Positions 24,320-36,930 of a stretch of 64,000 bases of DNA are shown here, one piece after another. This stretch comes from Pristiophorus japonicus (taxonomy: Eukaryota). The translations under genes and the position numbers were made by a program. The DNA is taken from the NCBI RefSeq assembly GCF_044704955.1, contig NC_091987.1, forward strand, positions 97,588,001-97,652,000, given 5' to 3'. Within the stretch, counting starts at the first letter, position 1; each line of letters starts with the position of its first letter. Below the pieces are notes generated by a model. That model was not told the DNA's origin. It searched no databases and saw nothing but the letters and a program-made list of their open reading frames with translations.

Positions 24320-25954
24320 GCTAGAAGGGCTGAATGGCCTGCTCCTGCACCTATTTTCTATGGTTCTATGATTCTATGTTTCTACATCCACGACTCTTCC
24401 GATGCTCTCTGCCACCAGTTTCCAGTTTCCTGGCCCCAACCGTCTCCTTTTCACTATGGACGTCCAATCTCTCGACACTTCCATCCCCCACAGGATGGCC
24501 TCAGGGAGCTCCACTTCTTCCTTGAACAGTGGCCCAGCCAGTCCACATTCCCCACCACGTCCCTCCCTCCAGCTGGCTGAACTAGTTCTCACACTGAACA
24601 ACTTCTCCTTTGACTCCACTCACTTCCTCTAAATTAAAGGTTGGGATTAGGAACCAGCATGGGTGCTAGCTATGCCTGCTTTTTCGTGGCATATGTGGTA
24701 TATTCTTTGTTCCAGCCCTACTCAGGACCTCTCCCTCACCTCTTTTTCCATTGCATTAATGACAATATCGGTGCCGTTTCCTGCTCTCATCCTGAACTCA
24801 AAAATTTCATTCATTTTGCTTCCAATTTCCACCTTTCCCTCACCTTCACATTGTCCATCTTCGACTTCCCAGAAATCGAGGCAGAGGATAAGCTATTGAC
24901 AAACATTCACTATAAGCTTACTGAATCCCACAGCTTCCTGGACTGCACTTCCTCCCACCCAGCTTCCAGTAAGGACTCTATTCCATTATTCCAGTTTCTC
25001 CCTCATCTGTTCTGATGCCACCTTCCATTCTAGTGCTTCCGATAATCTTCCCTTTTTCCTCAACCAAGGATTCTCCTCTACTGTGGTTGACATGGCCCTC
25101 GACTATGTCTGCTCCATTTCCCACACTTCTGCTCTCACCCCTACCTCTCCCACAAGCACAATAGGGTTCTCTTTATCCTCACCTTTCACCCCACTAGCCT
25201 CCACGTTCAACGGATCATCCTCCACCACCTCCAGCGTGATCCCACCACCAAACACACCTTCCCTTCTCAGCATTCCGAAGGGGTTGCTCCCTCCGCAACA
25301 TCTTGGTCCACTCTCACCCCCAGCACCCCCTCCCCTTCCCACAGCACCTTTCCTGCAAGCGCAGGAGATGCAACAACTGCCCTTTTACCTCCTCCCTTCC
25401 CACTGTCCAGGGCCTCAAATACTCCTTCCAGGTGAAATAGCGATTTACTTGTACTTCTTCCAATTTAGTATACTGTATTCACTGCTCACGATGTGATCTC
25501 CTCTACATTGGGGAGCCCAAATGCAGATTGGGTGGGCACTTTGCAGAACACCTCCATTCAATCCCTAAGCGTAACCCCGAGCCTCCAGTTGCCGGTCACT
25601 TTAATTCTCCGCTCCACTCAGATCTTTTCATTCTCGGCCTCGTATACGGTTCCAACGAAGCTCAAGGAACAGCACCTCATCTTTCAGTTAGGCACTTTAC
25701 TGCCTTCTTGATTCAACATTGAGTTCAATAATTTCAGGCCATAACCTCTGTCCGTATTTTTTTGCCCCCCCCCCCCCATGGCAGCTGATCATGATTCTGC
25801 CATTGCCATTTACACCTCATCTAGACTTAACTTTTGTTTCTTAACTTGCCCCATTACCATCTACTTTTGGCTCCTAATCCCTTCTGCCATCCATCATATC
25901 AAAGACCTTCCCTTTTGTTCTTTCCTTCCCAACCCCCTTTCCCTACACTTGCTT

Positions 25955-25995
25955 AAAAATTCTGACGAAGGGTCAGCGGCCTAAAACATTAACTC
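25955..25995 (+). ncRNA. Degenerate minimal hammerhead ribozyme in the Penelope pLTR
   Basis: CTGACGA core (25962-25968), short stem AGGGTC-AGCG-GCCT, then AAAACATT where an active copy would have GAAACGTT. Confidence 0.55.
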
Positions 25996-26656
25996 GGTTT
26001 CTCTCTCCACAGATGCTGCCTGACCCGCTGAGTGTTTCCAGCACTTTGTTTATATTTCAGATTTCCAGCATCTGCAGTATTTTGCTTTTGCATAAATACC
26101 CGTTGTTCTTCAAAGGACTAGTAACTTGATTAGCACTTACAACTAAGTTTCTGAACCGTGGCTCTTCCACTGATCAAAAGAACCTGCCTGCATTCTCAGA
26201 CAACTGGATTCTACACTTCCTCTTGATGTTTAGTTAAGGGTGGTTGGGGGGGGGGGGGGGGGGGGGGGGGGGAGAAAGGGAAATCAGCTTCAATCTTAAT
26301 TCCAGTTGCTCCAAAATTATACAACTTAAAATTCAGAATATTTTTCTTGTTTGATGCAGGATGAAAACTCGTGTGTCATCACAGCATCTAAATGTTTCAA
26401 TATCCATTCTACATGTTGGCACACCTTTTATTTGGTCAAGAGCTCCCTACAAGATCAGAAGATCGGTTCAGATGAAAGAGCTCCTTTCATCCTTCCAGGA
26501 GCACCAACCCTACTATTTTGGCTCAGAGGCAGGAAGCAAAGGGTAATGGTTGATGGGTGTTTTTGTGACTGGAAAGCTGGATACCGTGGAGTTCCGCAGG
26601 ATTCGGTGCTGGGTCCCTTGCTTTTTGTGGTATATATTAATGACTTGGATTTGAAT

Positions 26657-27192
26657 ACATTTATCCTGTGCATAGATTATGCCGCCGCCACACATAGCAG
26701 GCCGGGGCCATCAGAGGGAGCAGCGTGCGGCGGCATATCACTGCAGGAGAGCGACGGCTGCAAAGTCAGGTCGCTCATTGCAGTGCAAGCATGCACAGCA
26801 GGAGGGGCAAAGGAGCAGCAAGCGTTTGTAGAAGGAAGTGACCGGGGCCCAGGAGAGGCATGAGTTTGGGGCTCAGAAGAGGAGAGGGCCCAGGGGCAGC
26901 ACGGCTGAGCCCACAGTGCGCGCGCGCGCTCGGTCCGTGCAGCAGAGCTGGTCTCCAGTCGTCTTGGTTAATCCTTGCCACTGGACCAAGACCTAGCTCT
27001 GTTGCACCAATGTGGTGGCTGGTGTGCAACAGTTACCACACGTTAAAAAAAAATCCACGCACAGGTCTCTTCCACCCTCCAAGATGTAGTTCGGGACCTG
27101 GAATATTAGGTCCTTCATTGAAACACCTGTGAACTCATCCCTTTTTGGCGTGGAAGCAAGTCATCCTCGCTTCGAGGGACTGCCTATGACGA
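26657..27192 (+). mobile_element. RTE-tailed non-autonomous retroelement, copy 3
   Basis: 11-bp TSD TGGATTTGAAT (26646-26656, 27193-27203); same body and tail as copies 1 and 2. Confidence 0.88.
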
Positions 27193-28012
27193 TGGATTTG
27201 AATGTTGGGGGTATGATTGAGAAGTTTGCAGATGATACTAAAATAGGCTGTGTAGTTGATAATGAAGAAGAAAGCTGCAGACTGCAGGAAGATATCAATG
27301 CACTGGTCAGATGGGCAGAACAGTGGCAAATGGAATTCAATCCGGGCAAGTGTGAGGTAATGCATCTGGGGAGGTCTAACAAGGCAAGGGAATACACATT
27401 AAATGGTACAACACTGAAAAGTGTAGAGAAACAAAGGGACCTTGGAGTACAGGTCCACAGATGCCTAAAGGTAGCAGGCCAGGTAGATAAGATGGTTAAG
27501 GTGGCATATGGAACACTTGCCATTATTAGTCGAGGCATGGAATACAAGAGCAAGGAGGTTATGCTTGAACTGTATAAAACACTGGTTAGGCCGCAGCTGG
27601 GGTACTGTGTGCAGTTCTGGTCACCGCATTACAGGAAAGATGTGATTGCACGGGAAATGGTGCAGAGGAGATTTACAAGAATGTTGCCTGGACTGGAGAA
27701 TTTTGGCTATGAGGAAAGATTAGTGATGCTGGGTCGTTTTCTTTGGAACACAGGAGGCTGAGGGGAGATCTGATTGAGGTGCATAAAATTATGAGGGGTG
27801 TGGACAGAGTGGTTAGGAAGGACCTGCTTCCCTTGGCAGAGGGGTCAACAACCAGGGGGCATAGATTTAAAGTAATTGGGGGGGAGATTTAGAGATGCGA
27901 GGGGAAATTTCTTCACCTAAAGGGTGGTGGGAGTCTGGAACTCACTGCCTGAAAGGGTGGTAGAGGCAGAAACCCTCACCACATTTAAAAAATACTTGGA
28001 TGTGCACTTAAA

Positions 28013-29029
28013 GTGCCCAAATTTAGCCAGTACAGATTTCTGGCACACACAACAGAGGTGCGCTGCTTTTGTAGAACTCCAAGGGCGCCAAAAATCTTCG
28101 GGCCGAGTTTGGCCACTCCCCAGCCTCTCCTCCATGGTGGCGTAGAGTGACAACTGGACTCAGGGCGGAGCCAGGTACCGGCACTGTTCCTCTGCACATG
28201 CACGCTAGAGTGTGCACGCATACGCAGCAGCTCCTAGCCCCCAGGATCCGAGTGTGTGAGATGCAGGCTGTGTGGGAGGAGACGACGCTCGCCGTCCCTA
28301 TCCCAGGCCGAGTGGCCGGGGCCGGCTGCTGCCTTTCCGCGTTGAGAGCTACAGGAGACAGGTTGGTGGGGGGGGGGGGGGGGGGGGGGGGTTTAAATCC
28401 GGCAGGCAGGGGGATGGGGAGGGGTTTGATCTGGCAGGTGAGGGGAGCTCCCGCACCGGCCGGGGCGGGTCCGCTGTGGATCTCTTCCCTCCTCCCGTTA
28501 AGATGCCGCGTTCACCACTCACCACCCCCAGCCCCCCCCTCAGTCTGCCACGTTGTGCCTCCCCACCCCTGTTCAGATGCCATGTTCTCTCGCACCTATC
28601 CCAGGCCGAAGGGACTCCCGCTGCCGAGTTTAGTTGAAGGTGGGATTTACTTCAGTTCTTTATTTTTTGTTGAATGCTTATTACTTTTTGTGCTTTGTTT
28701 GGTGCTTGGTGGTGCTTTCAATATAGTTACTTGCGCCGATTCCTAAACTCTAGCTAAGATTTTTCTGTGCGGACAGAAGTAGCAACATACGCTGGCTCAA
28801 GTTAGTTTGGAACAACTATTTGCTGGCCAACCTCGCTAAAATGGCCAAAACAGGCGTAAGTGGCTAGGAATGCCGCCTTTTGTAAAAAAAAACTAATCTT
28901 AAAAAAAACCTAAGCAACTCACTTACAGTGGCACAAATTAAATGGCCAGAATTGCAACTAAAAAGATACTCCAGAAAAATCAAGTTGCTCCAAAAATACA
29001 CAGAGCAACTCCTGGGGAAATTTGGGCCC
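28013..29029. mobile_element. 1-kb GC-rich MITE with G(G/T)GCCCAAATTT TIRs and 3-bp TSD (Harbinger-like)
   Basis: Left GTGCCCAAATTT, right AAATTTGGGCCC; AAA on both sides (28010-28012, 29030-29032). It interrupts CR1 at ...GCACTTAAA|GTGCCATAACC. Confidence 0.75.
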
Positions 29030-29784
29030 AAAGTGCCATAACCTACAGGGCTATGGACCAAGAGCTGGAAAGTGGGATTAAGCTGGATGGCTCTTGGTCA
29101 GCCGGTGCGGACACAATGGACCGAAATGGCCTCCTGCCATGTTGTAAATTTCTATGATTTTATAATACACAATTTCAACATAACAACCAAATAGATATGT
29201 TTCATATCTCTTTCGAACAATGGTGCCTCTGAAAATGTAGCACTGCTTCAGTAACATACGAATGTCAATCTAGGTTATGTACTCAAGTCCCACTGTGGGA
29301 CTCTACCCTTTAACCTTGTGAAGCAGCAGCACGGGTGCTACCAACTGAGCCATGTGTAGATTTACAACTTGAGCACATGCCAATTTCTGCATGACCTCTT
29401 CATGGTTCAAATAACAGTGGGCATAAATGAAAAATTAGGAGCAAGATGGGAAGTCAGGAGGAAATCATTCACGCAAAGAATACCAAAGTCATGAAACATG
29501 TTATTTGGGAAGTCCATGCAAGTGGCAATGTTCTTGGTCAAGAAATAATTGGCTGTGTTTCCAGAGAAAAGGGATTTACGAACCAATATAAAACACGAGT
29601 TCAGCCCCAACTGAAGTATTGTGTCCAATTCTGGACGCCACACTTTAGAAAGGACGTGAAGGCTTTGGAGAGGGTACACAGGAGTTTTACTAGAATGGTT
29701 CCAGAAATGAGGGATTACAGTTAAGTGGATAGACTTGAGAAGCTTGGGTTGTTCTCCTTAGAGTGGAAAATGCGAAGAGGGACA

Positions 29785-32337
29785 TATGAAATATGGCAGG
29801 AGTAGGCCATACAGCCCCCTCGAGCTTGCTCCGCCGTTTAATACAATCATAGTTGATCCGATTATGGACTCGGGTCCACTTCCCTGTCCACTTCCCATAA
29901 CCTCTTATTCCCTTAAGAAATTGTCTATCTCTGTCTTAAATTTATTCAATGACCCAGCTTTCTGAGGCAGCGAATTCCACAGATTTACAACTCTCAGAAG
30001 AAATTTCTCCTCATCTCAGTTTTAAATGGGTGACCCTTTATTATGAGATTATGCCCCTAGTTCTAGTCTCCCCTATCAGTGGAAATATCCTCCCCGCATC
30101 CACCTTGGCAAGCCCACACAATCATATAAGTTTTGATAAGATCACCTCTCATTCTTCTGAATTCCAACGAGTAGAGGCCCAACCTACTCAACCTTTCCTC
30201 ATAAGCCAACCCCCTCATCTCCGGAATCAACCTAGTGAACCTTCTCTGAACTGCCTCCAAAGCAAGTATATCCTTTCTTAAATATGGAAACCAAAACTGC
30301 ACGCAGTATTCCAGGTGTGGCCTCACCAATACCCTATATAACTGTAGCAAGACTTCCCTGCTTTTATACTCCATCCCCTTTGCAATAAAGGCCAAGATTC
30401 CATTGGCCTTCCTGATCACTTGCTGTACCTGCATACTATCCTTTTGTGTTTCATGCACCAGGACCCCCAGGTCCTGCTGTACTGCAGCACTTTACAATTT
30501 TTCTCCATTTAAATAATAACTTGTTCTTCGATTTTTTTTCTGCCAAAGTGCAACATTATACTCCATCTGCCAAATTTTTGCCCAATCACTTAGCCTGTCT
30601 ATGTCCTTTTGCAGGTTTGTGTGTGTCCTCCTCACATATTGCTTTCCCTCCCATCTTTGTACCATCAGCAAACTTGGCTAGGTTACACTCGGTCTCTTCA
30701 TCCAAGTCGTTAATATAGATTGTAAATAGTTGAGGACCCAGCACCGATCCCTGCAGCACCCCACTAGTTACTGATTGCCAACCCGAGAATGAACCATTTA
30801 TCCCGACTCTCTGTTTTCTGTTTGTTAGCCAACCCTCTATCCATGCTAATATATTACCCCCAACCCCGTGAACTTTTATCTTGTGCAGTAACCTTTTATG
30901 TGGCACCTTGTCAAATACCTCGAAGTCCAAATACACCATATCCTCTGGTTCCCCTTTATCCACCCTGTTCGTTACATCCTCAAAATTTGTCAAACATGAC
31001 TTCCCCTTCACAAATCCATGCTGACTCTGCCTGACCAAATAATGCTTTTCCAAATGTCCTGCTACTGCTTCTTTAATAATGGACTCCAGCATTTCCCCAA
31101 CAACAGATGTTAGGAAATTATAGGCCAGTTAGCCTACTTTTTGAATGCCTCCTTTTTAAAAAAAAAATAGGAGCATTACATTTGCAGTTTTCCAATCTGC
31201 TGGGACCTCCCTAGAATCCAGGGAATTTTGGTAAATTACAACCAATGCATCCTCTATCCTTGCTGCTACTTCTCTTAAGAACCTGGGATGAAAGCCATCA
31301 GGTCCTGAGGATTTATCCACCTTTAGTCCCATTATCTTGCCAAGTACCAACTTCTCATGATTGTGTTAAGTTCCTCCTCTGCCCCTCCCCACCCCCATAG
31401 CCCCTTGACTATCCATTGTTGGGGTATTGTTAGTGTTCTTTACCGTAAAATATTTGTTCAGAGTTTCTGCCATCTCCATGTTCCCCATTAGTAATTCCCC
31501 GGTCTCGTTCTCTAAAAGGGACCAACATTTACTTTAGCCACTCTCTTCCTTTTTATATACCTATAGAAACTCTTGCTACCTGTTTTTACATTTCGTGCTA
31601 GTTTACTTTCATAATCTATCTTCCCTTTCTTAATCATTTCTTTAGTCATCCTTTGCTGGCTTTTAAAAGCTTCTCAATCTTCTGTCCTCCCACTAGTTTT
31701 GGCCACTTTGTATGCCCTTGTTTTTAAATTGGATACCGTCCTTTATTTCTTTAGTTAGCCACGGATGGCTCTTTTCTTTACACCCTTTTCTCCTCACTGG
31801 AATATATCTTTCGAGTTGTGAAATATCTCCTAAATGTACACCACTGTTCATCAACCGTCCTACACTTTAGTCTATTTTTCCAGTCCACTTTAGCCAACTC
31901 TGCTCTCATACCTTCATAGTCTCCTTTATTTAAACTTAGGACACTGGTTTGAGATCCAACCTTCTCACCCCCCATCTGAATTTGAAATTCAACCATGCTA
32001 TGATCACTTATTCCAAGGGGATCCTTTACTAGGAGATTGTTTATTAATCCTGTCTCATTACACAGGACCACATCCAAGATAACCTGTCCCCTGGTTGATT
32101 CCGTTACATACTGCTCAAGGAACCCGTCCCTACGCACTCAATGAACAACTCCTCAAGGCTACCCTGACCAATTTGATTTGTCCAATCAATATGGAGGTTA
32201 AAATCACCCATGATTATTGCTGTTCCCTTTTTACAAGCCACCACTATTTCCTGGTTTATACTCCGACCAACAGAGTTGCTACTGTTAGGGGACCAATAGA
32301 CTATGCTCACCCGTGACTTTTTTTCCCCTTATTATTC
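29785..32337 (-). mobile_element. CR1 LINE (second subfamily), endonuclease to 3' end
   Basis: Minus-strand ORFs 32104..32310, 31778..32137, 30586..31092 and 30063..30458 carry EN/RT motifs. Confidence 0.93.
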
Positions 32338-35300
32338 AGAGTTAAACACGTGGCTCAAAGATTGGTGTGGGAGAAGTGGGTTTTGGTTCGTGGGACACTG
32401 GCACCAGTCAACATAATCATCATCATCATCCAGTCCCTCAAAATCGAGGAAGACTTGCTTCCACTCTGAGTTCTTAGGTGACTGAACAGTCCAATACAGG
32501 AATTACAATCGCTGTCACAGATGGGACAGACAGTCGGTGAAGGCAAGGGTGGGTGGGAAGACTGGTTTGCCGCACGCTCCTTCCGCTGCCTGCGCTTGAT
32601 TTCTGCATGCTCTCGGCGACGAGACTCAAGGTGTTCAGCGCCCTCCCGGATGCTCTTCCTCCACTTAGGGCGGGCTTTGGCCAGGGACTCCCAGGTGTTG
32701 GTGGGGATGTTGCATTTTATCAAGGAGGCTTTGAGGGTGTCCTTGAAACATTTCCTCTGCCCACCTGGGGCTCGCTTGCCATGTAGGAGTTCCGAGAAGA
32801 GCGCTTGCTTTGGGAGTCTTGTGTCAGGCATGCGGACAATGTGGTCTGACCAACGGAGCTGGTCAAGTGTGGTCAGTGCTTCTATGCTGGGGGTGTTGTC
32901 CTGATCGAGGACGCCAACGTTGGTGTGTCTGTCCTCCCAGGGGATTTGCAGGATCTTGCGGAGACATCGTTGGTGGTATTTCTCCAGCGATTTGAGGTGT
33001 CTACTTATATATGGTCCACGTCTCTGAGCCATACAGGAGGACGGGTATTACTTCAGCCGTGTAGACCATGAGCTTGTTACCAGATTTGAGAGCCTGATCT
33101 TCGAACACTCTCTTCCTCAGGCAGCCAAAGGCTGCGCTGGTGCACTGGAGGCGGTGTCAAACCTCATCGTTGACATTTGCCCTTGCTGATAATAGGCTCC
33201 TGAGGTATGGAAAGTGGTCCACATTATCCAGGGCCACACCGTGGATCTTGATGACTGGGGGGGGGGGGGGGGGGGGGGGCAGTGCTGTGTCGAGGGGGGG
33301 GGGGGGTCAGATTGGTGGAGGACCTTTGTCTTACGGATCAGTACTGGGGTAAGAGGGAGCTGTTCCGTTCGGACAGGCTCCACTTAGACCGTGCTGGGAC
33401 TAGGGTCCCTCAAATCAAATAACTAGGGCTGTAGAGAGGGCTTTAAACGAATTAGTGGGGGGGGGGGGGGGCGGGGGGGAGGGAGAATTCAGTGAGCGAA
33501 AATTTAAGTAGTCAAATAACAAGGAGAAGGCAATAGATCAGGGTAGCACTGGGAGAAATGAAAACCAGAGCGTGCCAGAATATACAAACATAAAGGTGAA
33601 TCAGAAAGTAGAGTCAAAGCAGAAAAAAAGAGTAAATTTTTTTTTAAAAAAGCTCTTTATCTGAATGCACGCAGCATTCGTAACAAAATAGATGAGTTGA
33701 CGTCACAAATAGATACAAATGGGTATGATCTGATAGTCATTACAGAGACGTGGTTGCAAAGTGACTAGGACTGGGAACTAAATATTGTGGAGTACTTGAC
33801 AATTCAATGATAGTCAGAAAGGAAAAGAAGGTGGGGTAGCTAATGGATGAGATCAGTGCATTAGTGAGAAACGATATTGGCTCAGAGGATCAAGATGCTG
33901 AATCAGTTTGGGTGGCGATAAGGAATAATAAGGGGAAAAAGTTGCTGGTGAGTGTAGCCTATAGGCTCCCTAACAGTAGTTACACTGTAGGGCGGAGTAT
34001 AAATCAAGAAATAATGGAGGCTTGTAATAAAGGAACGGCAATAATAACCTTCATATTGATTGGACAAAGCAAATGGGCCAGTGTAGCCTTGAGGGAGAGT
34101 TCATAGAGTGTATCCAGGACAGTTTCCTTGAATAGTAAGTTGCAGAACCAACCAGGGAGCAGGCTATCTTAGATCTGATACTGTGTAATGAGACAGGATT
34201 AATAAATAACCTCGTAGTGAAGGATCCTCTAGGAATGAGTGGCCATAACATGGTTGAATTTCAAATTCAGTTGGAGGGTGAGAAAGTTGGATCTCAAACC
34301 AGCATCCTAAGCTTAAAAAAAAGGAGACTACAAAGGTATGAAGGCAGAGTTGGCGAAAGTGGACTAGGAATATAGATTAAAGAGGGAACAGTTGATGAAC
34401 AGGGGCAAACATTTAAGGAGATATTTCATAACTCGCAACAAAAATATATCCCAATGAGAAGGAATGATTGTAAGAGAAGGGATAACCATCCGTGGCTAAC
34501 TAGGGAAATAAGGGATGGCATCAAATTGAAAACAAGGGCATACAATATGGCCAAGACTAATGGGAGGCCAGAGGATTGGGAAACTTTTAAAGGCCTGCAA
34601 AGAACAACTAAAAAAAAATGATAAAGGAGAGGGAAGATAGATTGTGAAAGTAAACTAGCACAAAATATAAAAACAGATAGTAAGAGTTTCTACAGGTACA
34701 AAAAAGAAAAAAAGAGTGGCTAAAATAAATGTTGGTCTCTTGGAGGATGAGATTGGGGAATTAATAATACAGAACAGGGAAATGACAGAGACGTTGAACA
34801 AATATTTTGTATTGGTCTTCACGGTAGAAGACACTAAAAACATCCCAATAGTGGATAATCAAGGCTCTATAGGGACAATCACTGTCACTAATGAAGTAGT
34901 ACTCAGTAAAATAATGGGACTAAAGGTGGACAAATCCCCTGGACCTGATGGCTTACATCCTCGGGTCTTAAAAGAAGTGGCTGCAGAGATAGTGGATGCA
35001 TTGGTTGCAATCTATCAAAATTCCATGGATTCTGGGGCGGTCCCTGCGGATTGGAAAACCGCAAATGTAACGCCCCTATTTAAAACAGGAGGCAGACAAA
35101 AAGCAGGAAACTATAGACCAGTTAGCCTAACATCTGTCATTGCAAAAATGCTGAAGTCCATTATTAAGGAAGCAGTAGCGGAACATTTGGAAAAGCATAT
35201 TTCAATCAAGCAGTGTCAGCATGGTTCTATGAAAGGGAAATCGTGTTTGACAAATTTTCTGGAGTTTTTTGAGGATGTAACAAGCAGAGTGGATAAGGGG

Positions 35301-36472
35301 GAACCAGTGGATGTGGTGTATTTGGATTTCCAGAAGGCATTCGATAAGGTGCCACATAAAAGGTTACTGCGCAAGATAAAAGTTCATGTGGTTGGGGATA
35401 ATATATTAGCATGGAATTGGCTAACTAACAGAAAATAGAGAATCAGGATAAATGGGTCATTTTCTGGTTGGCAAACAGTGACTAGTGGGGTACTGTAGGG
35501 ATCGGTGCTGGGTCCTCAACTATTTACAATCTATATTAATGACTTGGATGAAGAGAGAGAGTGTAATGTAGTCAAGTTTGCTGATGATACAAAGATGGGT
35601 GGGAAAGCAAGTTGTAAGGATGACACAAAAAATTACAAAGGGATGTAGACAGGCTAAGTGAGTGGGCAAAATTTTGGCACATGGAGTATAATGTGGGAAA
35701 ATGTGAGGGTATCCACTTTGACAGAAATAATAGAAAAGCAAATTATAATTTAAATGGAGAAAAATTGCAAAGTGCTGCAGTACAGGGGGACCTAGGGGTC
35801 TTTATGCATGAAACACAAAAAGTTAGTATGCAGGTAACAGCAAGTAATCAGGAAGGCAAATGGAATGTTGGCCTTTATTGCAAAGGGGAAGTATAAAAGC
35901 AGAGAAGTCCTGCTACAACTGTACAGGGTATTGATAAGGCCACACCTAGAGTACTGCGTACAGTTTTGGTCTCTGTATTTAAAGAACGATATACTTGCAT
36001 TAGAGGCTGTTCAGAGAAGGTTCACTAGGTTGTTTCTGGAGATGAGGGGGTTGAAGGTAGGTTGAGCCTATACACATTGAAGTTCAGAAGAATGAGAGGT
36101 AATCTTATTGAAACATACAAGATAATGAGGGGGCTCGACAAGGTGGATGCAGAGAGGATATTTCCACTCATAGGGGAAACTAAAACTAGGGGACATAGAA
36201 TATGGGGCCGGCCATTTAAAACTGAGATGAGGAGGAATTTCTTCTCTCAGAGGGTTATAAATCTATGGAATTCTCTGCCCCAGAGAGCTGTGGAGGCTGG
36301 GTCATTGAATATACTTAAGGTGTAGAGAGAGATTTTTGAGCGATAAGGGATTAAAGGGTTACGGGGAGCAGGCAGGAAAGTGGAGCAAAGTCCATGATCA
36401 GATCAGCCATGATCTTATTGAAGGCTCGAGGGGTCAAATGGCCTACTCCTGCTCCTATTTCTTATGTTCTTA
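32338..36472 (+). mobile_element. CR1 LINE (second subfamily), ORF1 end to 3' tail, split by an RTE
   Basis: ELNTWLKDWCGRSGFWFVGHWHQ|YWGKRELF esterase end; LNARSIRNK near 33660; RT 34716..35438; TTCTTATG tail. Confidence 0.93.
32409..33338 (-). mobile_element. RTE LINE 3' fragment
   Basis: ORF 32355..33032 (RMPDTRLPKQ...CPICDSDCNSCIGLFSHLRT); (CAT)n tail; CAGT duplicated at 32405-32408 and 33339-33342. Confidence 0.92.
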
Positions 36473-36473
36473 A

Positions 36474-36930
36474 TGGGTAGCATACTCGCCTCTGAATCAG
36501 AAGGTTGTGGGTTCAAGTCCCACTCCAGGAACTTGAGCACATAAATCTAGGCTGACACTCCAGTGCAGTGCTGAACGAGTGCTGCACTGTCGGAGGCGCC
36601 GTCTTTCAGATGAAACGTTAAACCGAGGCCCTTTCCCCGTTTGCCCTCTCAGGTGGACGTAAAAGATCTCATGGCACTATTTCGAAGAAGAGCAGGGATG
36701 TTATCCCCGGTGTCCTGGCCAATATTTATTTATCCTCACTCAACATAACAAAAAAAAGATTATCTGCTCATGCCACATTGCTGTTTGAGAGTTTACTGTG
36801 CACAAGTTGGCTGTCACGTTTCCCACATTACAAGTGACTACACTCCAAAAGTACTTTGTTGGCTGTATAGCACTTTGAGACGTCCAGTGGTCATGAAAGG
36901 TACTATATAAATGCAAGTCTTCTTTCTTCT
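36474..36930 (+). mobile_element. tRNA-derived Deu-domain SINE with L2-type tail (SacSINE1/AmnSINE-like)
   Basis: B box GGTTCAAGTCC (36510-36520); central AAAGATCTCATGGCACTATTTCGAAGAAGAGCAGGG...GGTGTCCTGGCCAATATT Deu-type block; tail CTATATAAATGCAAGT. Confidence 0.82.

Larger units (their letters stand above)
20811..24381 (+). mobile_element. Young, near-intact CR1 LINE (5'-truncated within ORF1)
   Basis: TSD CTACA (20806-20810, 24382-24386) inside the Penelope; ORF1 esterase and an almost complete ORF2. Confidence 0.96.
20497..26090 (+). mobile_element. Penelope-like element (RT + GIY-YIG + 3' pLTR), decayed, split by a CR1
   Basis: FYLLPKIHK...GRPI near 20675-20725; ELVLTLNNFSFD near 24580; GIY-YIG region FTCTSSNLVYCIHC...LLYIGE...HFAEHL at about 25445-25555; pLTR with hammerhead remnant near 25960. 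Confidence 0.88.
26518..29165 (+). mobile_element. CR1 LINE 3' part split by an RTE-tailed element and a MITE
   Basis: WLRGRKQRV...GVPQDSVLGP, then FADDTKIG...YCVQFWSPHY, resuming after 29032 to the tail TTTCTATGATTTTAT. Confidence 0.9.

Noticed and set aside
28147-28746. 199-aa GC-rich ORF
   Set aside because: Inside a MITE, low complexity, spans a G homopolymer, and has no transposase motifs.
36474-36530. tRNA gene (also at 53845-53905 and 39520-39567)
   Set aside because: A/B-box-like motifs continue into a SINE body and L2-type tail; no complete cloverleaf.
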